DNA of 48,822 nucleotides from Octopus bimaculoides. Lineage: Eukaryota. The notes beneath the pieces are model-generated. The model searched no databases, was not told the origin of the DNA, and saw only the letters and a program-made list of their open reading frames with translations. Shown piece after piece: positions 20,848 to 34,951 of the stretch. Numbering within the stretch: the stretch's first letter is position 1; each line of letters opens with the position of its first letter. A program made the position numbers and the translations under genes. The DNA is taken from positions 22,511,235-22,560,056 of the forward strand of contig NC_069003.1 in the NCBI RefSeq assembly GCF_001194135.2. The letters are read 5' to 3'.

Positions 20848-21285
20848 TATATATATGTGTGTGTATGTCTTTGTTCCCCACCACTACTTGATAACTGGTG
20901 TTGCTTTGTTTATGTCCCTGTAACTTAGTGGTTTGGCAAAAGAGACTGTTAGAATGAATACAAGGCTTTACAATAACAAGTAATGGGATTGATTTGTTTG
21001 ACTAAACCTTTCAGAGCAGTGTTCCAGCATGGCCACAGTCCAATGACTGAAACAAGTGAAAGATAAAAGATGTCTGTATGGTGTTGTGTGTATGAATGTG
21101 TGCATACATGTGTGTGTGTGTGTGTGTATGCATGCTTGTATTTGTGTGCATACACGATTTAAAATGATTGTTCAAACCAGTCCTCCATTCTCATATATAA
21201 TGCATCTACAATATATACATGCATACATATGTATGTATATATGTTTGTATATGTATATACACACACATATACATGCATATATATA

Positions 21286-21320
<35 letters not shown>

Positions 21321-22019
21321 NNNNNNNNNNNNNNNNNNNNNNNNNNNNNNNNNNNNNNNNNNNNNNNNNNNNNNNNNNNNNNNNNNNNNNNNNNNNNNNN
21401 NNNNNNNNNNNNNNNNNNNNNNNNNNNNNNNNNNNNNNNNNNNNNNNNNNNNNNNNNNNNNNNNNNNNNNNNNNNNNNNNNNNNNNNNNNNNNNNNNNNN
21501 NNNNNNNNNNNNNNNNNNNNNNNNNNNNNNNNNNNNNNNNNNNNNNNNNNNNNNNNNNNNNNNNNNNNNNNNNNNNNNNNNNNNNNNNNNNNNNNNNNNN
21601 NNNNNNNNNNNNNNNNNNNNNNNNNNNNNNACACATATATACACACATGTAATGTATTATAGCCATCCTCATTAGCTGCCACTTCAAGTATGATGAAGCT
21701 TTCAAAATAAATGCTTTTATATGCAGAGGAATGTTTTTTTTTTTTTGAAAGATCGGTGTCTCTATCACTTCATTGACCAGGCTCTCAGATGTTATACATT
21801 ACTAGTCACAATCTGCATCCAGTTCTTCCTTGATTGTGCCATTTTTTTTTTTCCATCTTGGCCTAAATCACTTAACTAAATTTTAAATATTACTTGCTGT
21901 TAGGAAAGGCATCCAGCCATAGAAACCATGCCACAACAAGCAGCTGGAGCCTGGACAGCTCCATGTCAGACTGTCCAACCCTTGCCAGTATGGAGAGCGG
22001 ACATTAATCGATGATGATC

Positions 22020-23190
22020 ATAATGGCTTCTTAGGTTGTTGTTTTATACAATCACCTTGTTTATACCAGAGTGTAAGCTATGAAATTCTTTCATTCTCTT
22101 GATTTCCTGTAATTCTGACTGCCTCATGGTTCCAGCAGACAAAATGGAAAAGGCATTGCATCCTGAGGCTGCCATCATCGTTGGAACCTTCCAAGTGGCC
22201 TTTTTAGATCTCTTGGATACCAATCGGCAACTGCACTTATCCACGCGTTGTCTGAACCTTGCAATATGTCAAGTCCAGCAGAACTTGTACTTTCAGCATA
22301 CTGTGATTATGTTATTGACTCCGCACTGTTTGCACATATTCTCACAGTGATGTTCCTAGCATGGATCTTTCTGTAGCTGTTTGCATTGTAGCAAATCGAT
22401 CTTCTACCCTCTTCATAGTAGCCTATGTCTCATATGTGTAAGTGCACTGGTAGGACAATACTGTTGAAGAGTCTGGCAGTTTGGTCTTCTCCAGCTTTGC
22501 TTGTGAGTACATCTTTTATTGAGGTAAATACCTACCATTCTGCCCTTATTCTCTTGGAGATTTCTGCATCTTGGTGCATATTCACTGTGTGCCTTAAGTA
22601 GATGTACTCATTTGCCTCTTTGATTTCATTGCTTTCCCACTATATTGGCCTTGAGCTACATTTTCAAACTGCATGTATTTTATTTTCAGGTGGTGTTCAT
22701 TTTAAGGCCTTCTTCTAAGCTATGAGTGTCCACCTCTGTCAGCATGGTCTGCAGCTGGTCTGTGGTTTTGGCAATGAGTACAATGCCATGTGTTAATTGG
22801 AGGTGTGTTAGCCGCTTGCTGATGATGTTCATGCCACTTGTCCAATCAGTGTCTCTGGTAACTATTTCTAGATACACAGAGTTTTGGAGAGATGATATTT
22901 CCTTGTTTGAAGCCTTTCTTAATTGGGGCTCTCACTGTTGCATCCAGGCTTTGGATCGTCCTTGAGCAATCTGGTGTACTGCTCCTCAACACTCAGCATT
23001 TCCTGAGATTTCAGTACTGTGTTCATTTTGACATGATCAAAAGACCTTTGGTATGACCAAAGTTTCTGCTTGGTGGGTGCCATATCTAACACCTGACTAA
23101 AAGCCTGCTAAGCTGATCACATCACGGGAAAATCTGACATTGAGGCAGATCCAGCTGGTTTCCTCAAACATTTCCTTGAATGTTTCCTAA
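22020..23190 (-). mobile_element. RTE-clade LINE, RT and C-terminal region, degenerate
   Basis: 'RKGLKQGNIISPKL' (RT motif) and 'KRLTHLQLTHGIVLIAKTTDQLQTMLTEVDTHSLEEGLKMN' (degenerate FADD region). Confidence 0.8.
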
Positions 23191-23204
23191 GCCAGGGGGA
23201 GTGT

Positions 23205-23350
23205 TGGGTTCATCACTTTGAGCCAGAGACAAAGGGACACTCTTTGCAGTGGAAATATCCTTGCTCACCTGCTTCAAAGAAGGTCAAGGTTGTTTCATCT
23301 GCAGGGAAAGTGATGACCTCAGTTTTTTGGGATGCAAAAGCGACTGTGTT
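23205..23350 (+). pseudogene. mariner transposase fragment
   Basis: Frame reads 'FHHFEPETKGHSLQWKYPCSPASKKVKVVSSAGKVMTSVFWDAKA', the typical mariner segment after the first catalytic D. Confidence 0.8.
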
Positions 23351-23354
23351 CTGA

Positions 23355-24890
23355 TGAGCCAAGTGGCACCATATTGTCTACAAGTATCAGCCAACCAACC
23401 CTACACCCACAGATTATGATACTATTTCCACAACAGCTGTGTATATCAATCCAGTTTATAAAAATCATGTAAAGAAGTAACAATATATATCTCTGCCAAA
23501 GTCCCATGCCCATATTGAAAGGTTTTTACCCAAGCACAACTATTAGGACACTCATATAAGGACTTCACTGCAACCAGAAGTTGCTCATTGATCTCAAACT
23601 CCTGAAAAATCCTCCACAACATGTCCCAAAGCATGCAGTCACCTGCTTTTCCGAGGTCTACACTGCTTGGCAGTATACCCACAATTTTTCGAACACCTGC
23701 CATAGAGTTTGTGCTATATCCAGGACAGTAGACGCACTTTTCTTCAGTTAGCTGGGGTTTCATAATTTCCGTGTCTCTTTTCCAGACCCCTAGCATAGAT
23801 TTTACCAGGGGGTGCTTAACAAGGTGATTCCTTTGTAAACAGAGCACTTTCTCTTCTTTCCCTTTTTAAAAATTATCACTCTGAATTTCCATTGCTTCAG
23901 TGTCTTTCCAGAGGATCAAGACACCTTAGCATACATTAGTCAATCAGAGAATACCTTCTCTATTTAAGGCTTTTAACATCCGAGGCCAAATTTCACTCTC
24001 CCTATTGGCCTTGCCACTATAACTTCAACTTCTGTGAGGTTAGTCTTCTCCCTTAGATGCACCTCATGTCCATCAGAAGATTATAATGTGATAGGATTTA
24101 GGAGATTATCAAAGTATTCTCTCCACCTCTCAAGGACACTATTCTCTGTAAAGAGAAGACTCCCAGCCAAGTTCTTAACAGCAGGAGTGGCAATGGACTC
24201 CTTGTTAGGAAGTCAAAGGCTTGTCTGTCAGAATACTTTATTGGCTGATCTAAAGTCAGAGTTCAGCTTAACCTCAGAGTCCTCTCATGACTTAGCCTTG
24301 GACATTTTTACTGTCTCTGCTGCAACTTTTTGTGCCTCATGTATCGAAGAAGAATCTTGTTTTCAATCCAAGCTTTGTATGCCTCCTTCTTTGCTTGGAT
24401 GACATCTTCAATTTCCTAGTTAAACCAAGAGGTTCTTTCACTACCTGGTGCCACACTGAACTGCTTTTGTCCGCTGCATTGTACAATCAAAGAAGAAACT
24501 GCCAAACAAAACAATCTCCACTCTGTTTGAAAGTCCTCAGTTTGTTCGGGAAGTTCTATGAATGTCAATGCAATATTGTGTGCATATTTGTATCTGATCT
24601 CATCATCTGTCAAGGCTGCACTCTTTATCCTGTAAGTTGCACTGGACTTAGAAGCTTTGTAAGTTCTTGCTATAGATAATCTCAGGTTGCAGGTGATCAG
24701 TTGATAGCTCAACCTAGCCCTATAACAAACATCCAACACTGAATCAAAGAGGTATGAGATAACAAAAATCTACCAGTAACCTCCATTCCAAAGTATCCCC
24801 ATACCAGATATACTTACAAATATATCTCTGTTGGATGAAGGTGTTCATAGCAGACAGTTCACAAGACAAAATTTGTGTTGAAGAACAACA
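23355..24890 (-). mobile_element. Second LINE (RTE/RTEX-like), EN-RT linker and RT region, degenerate
   Basis: ORFs 24739-24416 ('...EWRLFCLAVSS..VQCSGQKQFSVAPGSERTSWFN') and 23847-23446 ('..DLGKAGD...DMLWRIFQEFEINEQLLVAVKSLYE') resemble a LINE EN-RT linker and RT. Confidence 0.7.
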
Positions 24891-26115
24891 ATGGTCAAAT
24901 GGTTTGAGCAGGTTCATTCATCATTGATTGCAGTGAATAGGGCAGAGTTGTTAGAGCCTTGTACAAAATGCCTTGTGGTGTTTATTCTGGTTTGGCATAT
25001 GGCCTAGTGGTTGGGATATTTGGCTTATGGTCCTAAAATAATGGGATCAATTTTTGAACCAGGTGACTCTTTGTGCCCTTGAGCATGGCATTTCATTTCC
25101 TGTTGCTCCGGTCTGTCTTGTCATCATTGTCCTGTTTGTTTCTGTATATGTCTTGTTAAACTTGTAGCTTGTGACCCCAGATCACCAATGCTCTAGCAGA
25201 TCAGTGATATATAAATTGTTAGCCAAATCTCCAGGTGCAATCCATAAATTTGTACTTCAAGATTTATGCAATAACTTTTCCCATCTTCTTTCTGAGCTCA
25301 TATATATATCCAAGACTAAGTTACATAGGATATTTGTCCATTTTTAATTCAAGAAGATGAGGTTTATCAATCCCAAAAGGATGAAAGGCAAAGTTGACCT
25401 CAGTGGAATTTGAACTCAGAACATTAAGACAGACAAAATGCTGCTGAGCTCACCACCTTAGTACCTCGTTAAATATTAATGACAATGATAATGCTGATAG
25501 TTCTATTTTTTTTCATGTTTCATGGAAGTTGAACACACACACACACACACGTCTGTTGTGCAGTGTACAAGAAACCAGTTACCTCACTGGACACACACAC
25601 GCATATAGTTCAATCAAAGTGTAGTGGTATTAATGAAGAATGTTTTTTTATTTTTTATTTTTGCAAAATGTAGATAGAGAAGGAGAAAAAGAGAAACAAT
25701 CTGCACGAATGCTGTTCATAATGTTAAAAGTGCAACAAGANNNNNNNNNNNNNNNNNNNNNNNNNNNNNNNNNNNNNNNNNNNNNNNNNNNNNNNNNNNN
25801 NNNNNNNNNNNNNNNNNNNNNNNNNNNNNNNNNNNNNNNNNNNNNNNNNNNNNNNNNNNNNNNNNNNNNNNNNNNNNNNNNNNNNNNNNNNNNNNNNNNN
25901 NNNNNNNNNNNNNNNNNNNNNNNNNNNNNNNNNNNNNNNNNNNNNNNNNNNNNNNNNNNNNNNNNNNNNNNNNNNNNNNNNNNNNNNNNNNNNNNNNNNN
26001 NNNNNNNNNNNNNNNNNNNNNNNNNNNNNNNNNNNNNNNNNNNNNNNNNNNNNNNNNNNNNNNNNNNNNNNNNNNNNNNNNNNNNTTATCTATAATTCTA
26101 TCTCTTGTATTTCTT

Positions 26116-26167
<52 letters not shown>

Positions 26168-26394
26168 CGTGTGTGTGTGTGTGTATTTTCTTGTTAAGCT
26201 CCATATTGGCTCCAATCACACGGACAAATGATGGAAAATGTTCTAGCTATGAATACATTTTCCCCTCAGACTACATAATGGTATCTAACTTGTGTCCTTT
26301 CATTTTATGACAATATTGGTTGATTTGGTTCTAGATATTTCTAGCAGGACAGATAACCCTATATGTATTATGTATATACATATATATATATATC

Positions 26395-26782
26395 GTGGAG
26401 GCGCAATGGCCCAGTGGTTAGGGCAGCGGACTCGCGATGACAGGATCATGGTTTCGATTCCCAGACCAGGCGTTGTGAGTGTTTATTGAGCGAAAACACA
26501 TAAAGATCCACGAGACTCCGGCAGGGGATGGTGGCGAGCCCTGCTGTACTCTTTCACCACAACTTTCTCTCACTCTTACTTCCTGTTTCTGTTGTGCCTG
26601 TAATTCAAAGGGTCAGCCTTGTCACACTCTGTGTCATGTTGAATGTCCCCGAGAACTACGTTAAGGGTACACGTGTCTATGGAGTGCTCAGCCACTTGCA
26701 CGCTAATTTCACGAGCAGGCTGTTCCGTTGATCGGATCAACTGGAACCCTCGACGTTGTAAGTGACGGAGTGCCAGCAACAA
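26395..26782 (+). mobile_element. Full-length young SINE of a second family (tRNA-like head)
   Basis: A-box 'tggcccagtggttagg' and B-box 'ggtttcgattccc', CpG-rich body, short 'caacaa' tail; 'atatatatatc' occurs on both flanks (possible TSD). Confidence 0.9.
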
Positions 26783-26809
26783 ATATATATATCTTTTTTT
26801 TTTCTGTCA

Positions 26810-27105
26810 TTTGCCTGCAGCCATGCAGGGGCATCACCTTGATGAAGTTTTAGTTGAATGAACCTAACCCAGTACTTCTTTTCAAGCCTGATACTTATTC
26901 TATTGATCTCTTTTGCTGAACTGCTAAGTTATGGAGACATAAACAGATCAACACCAGTTGTCGTGTTGGGGTGGTCACACACAGATACATATGTGACAGG
27001 CTTCTTTCAGTTTCTGTGTACCAAATCCTGTCACAACACTTTTATTGGTAGAAAACACTTGCCCAAAGTGCCATGCAGTGGGACTGAACCCAGAACAACA
27101 TGACC
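26810..27105 (-). mobile_element. SINE copy
   Basis: Same family as 17340-17760. Confidence 0.8.
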
Positions 27106-28055
27106 ACATGCAGTTTGTTTTAGAAAGCTCATCTACTGGTATTGGCTAACTGATTCAAGTGTACAGCAAGAATCGATCACATCACTGAATATACGTCTGG
27201 AAATCCATGATTATCCATAAAGTGTTTATGAAAATATAAACGAGAGAATGGATTGAGCAATATGTTTTATAAAGCATACTACTCAATGTGTCCCCTCTCT
27301 CTTGTTTATGTTATATAGTGAAGGCCTTGTGGTATACATGTTCAGCTCACAGTCATGATGTTGTAGGTTCAATTCCTGGAGTGAGTGGTGCTATATTGTG
27401 TCCTTAAGCAAGGGACTTCATTTCATGTTGATTCAGCCTATTTAGTTGAAAATTAGTTCCAGCCAACTGCTAGGGTAGCTCTGTCTGTCTGTCTGTCTGT
27501 CTGTTTCTCTCCAGCTGCCACACCCTAAATGTGCCAGTTGAGTCAAAAAGGTAGGAGAGAGTGTTGATGTCTTCTCATGATTACATATGCACCTAAAATA
27601 AGTGAAGCATGGTGCATGTTGTTGAGTCACACATCTTAGTGGGTAATAGCTGTCTCTTATTTATTTAATTTTTATTGTTTTAAAATTTATTTGCAATAAA
27701 TTGGTTATACTTCTACTATTACAATACACAAAATATTTACTTTTTAGCTGGACTATGAAGCTGTAATGTGCCTCATTTGAAACGTCTACTGGTGCACAGC
27801 TTATTGGCCTGAGTCAACCATGTGTACAACTATAATCATAAGATATTTTGTGAACATAATAAACAACCTAATTAATTGTTACCTTATCGATACCCGAGTA
27901 GAGATAATAAGGTTCAATCTAATCCATAAGAGATTAATAATAGAAGAATGTACATTACTATCCCCAATGTAAGGTGGCATGTGGTCAGAGTAAATTATCC
28001 AAATGAAGGCTGGATCAACAAATTTTGATCTTAAACTTCATTTTCCATCTCATTA

Positions 28056-28073
28056 TCTGTCTGTCTGTCTGTC

Positions 28074-28118
<45 letters not shown>

Positions 28119-28362
28119 NNNNNNNNNNNNNNNNNNNNNNNNNNNNNNNNNNNNNNNNNNNNNNNNNNNNNNNNNNNNNNNNNNNNNNNNNNNNNNNNNN
28201 NNNNNNNNNNNNNNNNNNNNNNNNNNNNNNNNNNNNNNNNNNNNNNNNNNNNNNNNNNNNNNNNNNNNNNNNNNNNNNNNNNNNNNNNNNNNNNNNNNNN
28301 NNNNNNNNNNNNNNNNNNNNNNNNNNNNNNNNNNNNNNNNNNNNNNNNNNNNNNNNNNNNNN

Positions 28363-28449
<87 letters not shown>
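28056..28449. repeat. (TCTG)n microsatellite spanning a gap
   Basis: Direct reading of the sequence. Confidence 0.97.
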
Positions 28450-28639
28450 TAATGACATGGTTTCTGTGGCTGGATGCCCTTCCTAACACCAACCACTTAA
28501 CAAAGTGTGCTGGGTGCTTTTTGTGTCCCACTAGCACAGGTGCGTTGATGCAGCATCAGCATGGGTGCTTTTTAAGTGGCACTGGCACCTGAAAGGACAA
28601 ACCTGTATGTGTGGAAGACTGATTTTACTTAACTTGATG

Positions 28640-29000
28640 TATCTTCTCAAGTACAACAAATCACCACATCTCCTGGTCCCTTGTCATTTCCCCAGTGAGG
28701 CCCAGCATCTAAGGATCCTTTCTCACCACTTCGTCCCATGTCTTCCTGAGTCTAGCCCTACCACAGGTACTCTCCACACTTGCATCTCAGCACACCTTTA
28801 CCCAGCTGTCCTCATCCATATGCATCACATGACTAAACTAGTGCAGTCTCCTCTCTTGCACACAACATCTGATGCCTCTTATACTCAACTTGTCTCTTAA
28901 ATCATTTACACTCTTTCATGCATGCACACTGACATTACCCACCCAGCAGAGCATGCTAGCTTCATTTCTTTCAAGCCTTTGTTATCTGTGGGTTTCATAT
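28640..29000 (-). mobile_element. RTE LINE 3' end fragment
   Basis: Minus strand is a frameshifted version of the RTE 3' 'RRLRWYGHV.RM......R......G...GRP..TW' region. Confidence 0.6.
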
Positions 29001-29199
29001 GCTTAGGTTTTTGTGGGTATGTAGATGTATGATTTGGGTGAGTGAGAGGATATAAATGTTCGTGGAAGCTGTTAGATTGTGTATACCTTATGTACGGATC
29101 TCTTAATTTATTTGTTTGTATCTGTGGATATGTGGTTGTTGATAATGTGGTTAACTTGAAGTCATAGTCTTGGTTGCACAGATATGCAATGATCAAAGG

Positions 29200-29620
29200 T
29201 ATTCTAGTAAATCTGTTTGTCTACTGTGCATCATGGTCTTCAAAGCAACTGTTGAAAGTGTGCTACTATATGGGTCCGAAACTTGGATCCTGACGAAAAC
29301 GTTGCAGAAACAACTAGACATGTTAAACCTGCTTACTCCAATATGCACTGGATACTGAATGGTAACAGGGGGTGACCAATAAAGACCTCCACAGGGACTT
29401 TCCCCTGATATCAGAGGTGATCAGATCCAGGAGACTTCGTTTTGCTGGGCATTGTTACCAGGCCAGGAACAAAATGCATCAGAGATGTGTTACTCTGGAC
29501 CAGAGGCCAACAACATATGTTGACAGGCTAGCGATTGACAGTGGCCTGTCAGTTCTCAAGTTGAAGTTAGTAATGAAGGACAAGGACTACTGGAGGAACA
29601 TCTGTGCAGGAAACTCTAAG
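29200..29620 (+). mobile_element. RTE-like LINE 3' fragment
   Basis: 'FKATVESVLLYGSETWILTKTLQKQLD' and 'ISEVIRSRRLRFAGHCY...RPTTYVDRL...MKDKDYWR'. Confidence 0.85.
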
Positions 29621-30147
29621 AGAGAGAGAGAGAGAGAGAGAGATTCCAGTGAAGATCATCTTGTCTTTATTCCATTTTAAGTCTCTGTGGAGCTACATTA
29701 TCTAATGTGTCCTTTCCTTTAGATAAAACAGTCAAGGTGTGATAGTTTTTCAAGCTTACTTGAAACTGGACTGTGTTATTCAAGGTATGTTTTAAGAGAG
29801 ACTTAAATGCTATTTCTTGCAGCTTGAGTGAACTGTGTAAAGGCTCCACATTACCTCACTTGCATGTAGTTGTTGTTCAGCTTCAAGTCTTCCCTGATTA
29901 AGCATTGATATATAATCAAAGTTATTCCAGCTATGATCATTCCATCATTTATTGAGATGTATCTAGGATCATGTTATCCAGTGTCTTTTTCCCCTTTTAA
30001 GATGATTAAAGCATTTTTTCAGAGAGACTTAACTGCTATTTTGAGCAGGGAGAGCATTCATTTCCTATGTTTTGTGTGTAGTAAACTGTAAATGTTTTGT
30101 TTTTCTTTAAGTAGAGAGAATCTGTAGTTATGTGTAGCATTTCAAGT

Positions 30148-30223
<76 letters not shown>

Positions 30224-30768
30224 GGCACTTGTATGTGAATGAATTGCAGTTTTGTGTGTGCATTCCAATACTTCTTAACCTACTTCTTAATCTGGATGGT
30301 GGTGCTCTGTTGGGACATTGTGATCTTGTATAGAAGGGTCATGTTTTTTCTTAAAAAGTAAAATATTCAAACCAGGTACAATATTTTTAAGCACGTTTTA
30401 AGTACACTTTTAACAAAAATGTTTGTTGGAATTAAAATATGGATAAGACATTGTATTATCTGTGAGCAGAAACGTGATGCACCAAAATCCATTATGATTT
30501 CATTATGTAAGTCCTTTTGTGAAAGTTCATGGCCTAGTGGTTTGGCTGTTAGGATAGTGATCATGGGATAGTGATTTCATTTCCTGGATTCAGCAGGGCA
30601 TTGTGTTTCTGAATAAAACACTTCATGTTGCTCCAGTCTATTCATCTGAATATAAGTACAAGCAGCATTAGGTAGTACTATATTCTCACCATGGAAGCTG
30701 GGATAATTTCCAACCTAATGAGCCTGTTAGGTTTGTAACAGACCTAAGATATATTTTTTCTCCTTTAG

Positions 30769-30790
30769 TAATTTTCATTAAAGAATGAAC
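30769..30790 (+). other. Putative 22-nt micro-exon (ends ATG AAC)
   Basis: Acceptor ttttttctcctttAG and donor AAC|GTAAGG. Confidence 0.2.
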
Positions 30791-32089
30791 GTAAGGGCAT
30801 TAATCCACACAAATATCTTATAAGAGGTACATGCTGGTTGGGATAGTATAACAAAATATCAATAATAAATCACTGCACCAAATTAGCTTAATCTACTGTT
30901 TTGAAGGAATGGAAGGCTGTTTTTTTCCTTTTTTATAAAACATGGTTGGGGGTGGTTGGAGGCATTTGTAAAATATCCCATGAAAGGAAGTACTAAGTTA
31001 TAAAAGACTGAAAACCACTGGTTATTTCTTCACTTTGCTCTCTTACTTTATATAAAACTAGATTGGTGTACAATTCAGGGTGCTTGTACATGGTGGCTTG
31101 ACCTGTTAGAAAAGCAGCCAAATCACTTTCACTTCATAGTCTACTGTCTTAGTATGTTTTAGATAACATGGTATTAAATATAAAGTGCCTGAATAAAAGA
31201 TGGGATAATCATGTTTACAACATCTGGGGCTAAATAACAACCTTGATTAAAACTAGAGGTTGTATGAGCTAATGACAGTCTCTACATGCTATTCAACATG
31301 CCTGGAATAGTTTTTTGAGGGAATTTCCCTCAAATCACACTCTGCTGCATTAAAAGATAATGAAAAGAATATATTTAAGACATGGTCTTAGATATACAAG
31401 AACACAAGTTGATCACTGCTGCAACACCTTTGACTACATAGTTCTGTAGGCTGACCTGGGAATAGAGAACAGCAGTGAGATGATGTAAGCATAACATCTT
31501 GGAAGAAAATGTCAAGGTTTAAAGCAAGCTACTGATTGAATAGTGTTATTAACTTTTCAGTGGAGGAATGGAGGAGTATGGCTTGAAGGAACGATAGAAA
31601 GGAGCATGTATTTGTATGTGTTATAGGTGATGATGATGATGATGATGATGATTCCTTTCAGTCAAGTCCCTGAATAGAGAGACCATTGTTAAGCATTCAC
31701 AGTGAACCATTTTGCTTCCTGTTATAAAGTAATGCAAGAATAAGTCTTTGTTGTCAAGGAGAAAAAGCCTCTTGTTTATTTCAAGAAGGAAGAAATCAGC
31801 TAAACTGTTTATTGTCTTTAATTTTGTGTGTGTGTGTGTGTGCGCACACACACACACGTATGTTTTCCCCTTTCTTAAGGGAGACAAACTTAGTTATATA
31901 ACATAGCATCTTACTGTGAATGCAAAACTTTTTCAACAAATCTAAATTATATATAGAGAGTTCTCAAATAAGTAATTATTATAAATTTGGGTATACACTT
32001 TGTAGAATACCATTTAATACCTGTTCACTTTATTCAGTTACCTCATGTCAACAGGAGTATGGTTATAAATGCCATTGAATTTACTTCAG

Positions 32090-32122
32090 GAATTCCTTCA
32101 TGTCCATAGAATTTATAACAAA
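32090..32122 (+). CDS. Putative 33-nt coding exon (EFLHVHRIYNK)
   Basis: Acceptor tttacttcAG, donor AAA|GTGAGA, phase 0/0 and open. Confidence 0.25.
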
Positions 32123-33299
32123 GTGAGAAAGAAAAAGAAAATGGAATTCATGATATTCTTTATTAATCACTATAATTGTTTCAACTCATTCTGCATCAGT
32201 CCTTTGCAGGTGAGATTCTGTACAAATAGTTGTGGTGCATCATTCGGTGCAGATCTGCCTTGTTAGGTGACTTGTCAAAAGGTACCCTGTTATCTAATCT
32301 CTGTTCAAATAGATGTTTACATCGCTATCCTTATTTTACATTTGTTTTCCATGCTGACAAGGGTTGGATGGGTCATCCCATTTTGATTCTTATTTGGAGT
32401 TATTGCCCTCCTTGATGTACTGGGACTACGGCTTGTATTTTGATGTCCTTCCTAATGCCAACCACTTTACAGAGTATACTGGATATTTTATATCATAAAA
32501 TTGGTTTCAAATTTTGGCTCAAAATTTGAAATCAAACCAATGAAGGAATCTTAGCTGTTTAACCTGCTTGGCATAGCATCCACAATTTTCCTCAAATCAC
32601 AACCTCCCTCTAAAAATTGAAATACATACTGGATAATTGAATCCTTGATATATAAAACAGAAAAAAAAAATGAGCTGGTCATGGCTGGAATGTCTTTTAT
32701 CAAAGGTCTATTTGGTCAGGACTGTTTTGGGGTTAAACAGCTACTATTGAACCTTCTATATCTCTATTACTGTGCTTTACTTAATCCTATATGTCCCAGT
32801 TTACCAGTTTCAAAGAAAAGGTTCAAGATTTTCAGGAACTGTATTACTTATGTTCAATCTTAGAAGAGATTTGTGTCACCTACTTTGTGGTGCAGCAACT
32901 ATTTCTCTAGCAGGACAAGTGACTGAATGGAGGCTCTCTCATTAGCTCAGAATGCATGAGTATATACTCTTCACCAATGGCAATAACTGTTTTGAACATT
33001 CTGCTTCTATTGTTAGAAAGTATTGATTAGACTGATTGAACTATTAACCTGTTTTTTGTTTACATTTATATATTTATATCATTTTGATTGGTGTACACCT
33101 GATGAGGAATGTTTTTATATTGGAAGGCCTGCATTGAAGTTACTGCCATATGACAAGGCTGCGTTTCTAAATAAATTAATAAATAAAATGAATTATACTT
33201 TTCACTTGCTATTTTATAAGTTATCAGTCAACACAAGACTAAGGTAGAAGACACTTATTCAAGTGCAAGATGCTGCACAAGTATCTGAGATGAGCTTGA

Positions 33300-33455
33300 T
33301 CAAACAAACTTATGTAAGTGCTTGTCAACCACATGATTCCAGGTTCAGTCTCACTGCATGGGATCTTGGACAAGTGTCTTCTACTTTAATCTTAGGCCAA
33401 CCAAATCCTTGTCAGTGGGTTTGGTAGATGGAAACTGAAAAGAATCTGTTGCATG

Positions 33456-33506
<51 letters not shown>

Positions 33507-33720
33507 CTGTCTGTCTGTTTGTCCTCTACCAATACTTGTCAGCTGGTGTTGGTGTGTTTATGTCCCCATAACTAAGTAGTTCAGCAAAATAGACAAATAA
33601 GTGCCAGGCTTAAAAAAAAAAAGGTAAAGTACTGGGATCAGTCCATTTGATTGAAAGTCCTTCAAGGTAGTGCTCCAGCATGGCTGCAGTTTAATGACTG
33701 AAACATTTCAAAGATAAAAG
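33300..33720 (+). mobile_element. SINE copy
   Basis: Head remnant, CORE-like 'atcttggacaagtgtctt', microsatellite and tail. Confidence 0.85.
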
Positions 33721-34559
33721 ATATATACCTCCAGATTGAGTTGATATCTCACAGGCTTTAGCCTTCTCTCCATTACATCACCCACCACCAGCTACATTAA
33801 TTATGATTTCCACAGACGAAGGGGATGAAGATCTTGGTTTTCTTACTTTTCTTTTCATTCTTCTTGTTCCATTTTTTGCATCAACCTTCTTTACATTTTT
33901 CTTCTCGTTTTTTCCTCATGTTTTCTCATTGACCAGCATCCTGACTTTCAAATAGGTTCAGCGATACGCACTGAGCCTGAAAGATTGCTTGGAGGCACAT
34001 GGCGTGTTGTGTATATATCTATCTATCAGATTATTGTATGAGTACAGCATGAAACTATTAGTTGCTCTTTTATAAATTCTGTATATATTAAATGAGATTC
34101 ATCTTTTACTGGATGGAGCACTTTTTTTGTTGATCCTACTTATAATGGAACAGTAAACTACACACACACACATGCACAAACAATAACGCTATACTCGGAG
34201 CCTTCCCTCTGTTGGATCTTGAGCCTACAGTGGACCGTGGACTGCATGCCAAAGTATACTCTCATACGATTTTATGTATACATCAGGTGTATACTGTTCT
34301 ATAATTGTGGATGTATATGTAACTGGAAGTACAAATCCATATATGCTTTTAGTAAGTATGGGAGTGTCCATACACACTGTTGATACGTGGGTATGCTATT
34401 TTCGATTCTATCTTGGTGTCTTTGTTATTAAAATACCTCGATTTTATTGGATCCTGAAAATAATTGTTGTGTGTGTGTGTGTGTTTGGATGAATCTGGTG
34501 ACTCATTTCCTTGCTACTAGTCAATTTCTCTCTATAAACAATTGTTCAGTCAACAAAAA

Positions 34560-34900
34560 ACAGCCATCTCTTTTGTTTCTTGAATGATCGTTTGTAATAA
34601 AAATTCTGAGTTGTGGTGTAATGAATCATCAGCTTCCTCTGAGTTCTGGGTGTAGAAACAAAACCTGAAAGCAGCAGGGGGGCTTAAAGTTAACTTAACC
34701 AAAATGAATTCTAGTAAGCAGGAACACAGATAGGACTCTGTTCCCTTCTGGTAAATGACCTTGCTCAATATGTAGGAAAGGCACAGATAGGATTTCCATA
34801 TGGTGTACCCAGTGCAAACTATGGACACACAAGAGGTGCAGCAGAATTACAGGAAGACGAACAAAGAAAGTAATGGTTATATGTGGAAGATGCATATCTT
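34560..34900 (+). mobile_element. RTE LINE RT fragment with Cys-rich insert
   Basis: 'LVSRNTDRTLFPSGK*PCSICRKGTDRISIWCTQCKLWTHKRCS...VICGRC', the PHD-like Cys-rich insert seen in some RTE-clade RT domains. Confidence 0.75.
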
Positions 34901-34951
34901 GTCTTTATATAAAACAAGCGTATCTTCTCCTTTGTATATCATTGTCTACAT

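Noticed and set aside
21056-21768. Long ORFs in the supplied track across N gaps and microsatellites (also 13759-14187, 25640-26219, 28003-28537, 43710-44081)
   Set aside because: Artefacts of N runs and di- or tetranucleotide repeats.
26395-26465. tRNA gene
   Set aside because: The A and B boxes continue into a SINE body and there is no complete cloverleaf or terminator.
33091-33150. Second CTGATGA box in a PLE-terminus-like AT-rich repeat (possible hammerhead)
   Set aside because: The downstream box is GAAG rather than GAAA, stem II is out of register, and no stem I/III partner was found; at best a decayed ribozyme.
33729-33976. Lys-rich minus-strand segment bounded by AG and GT
   Set aside because: All three frames contain stops; probably a repeat remnant.
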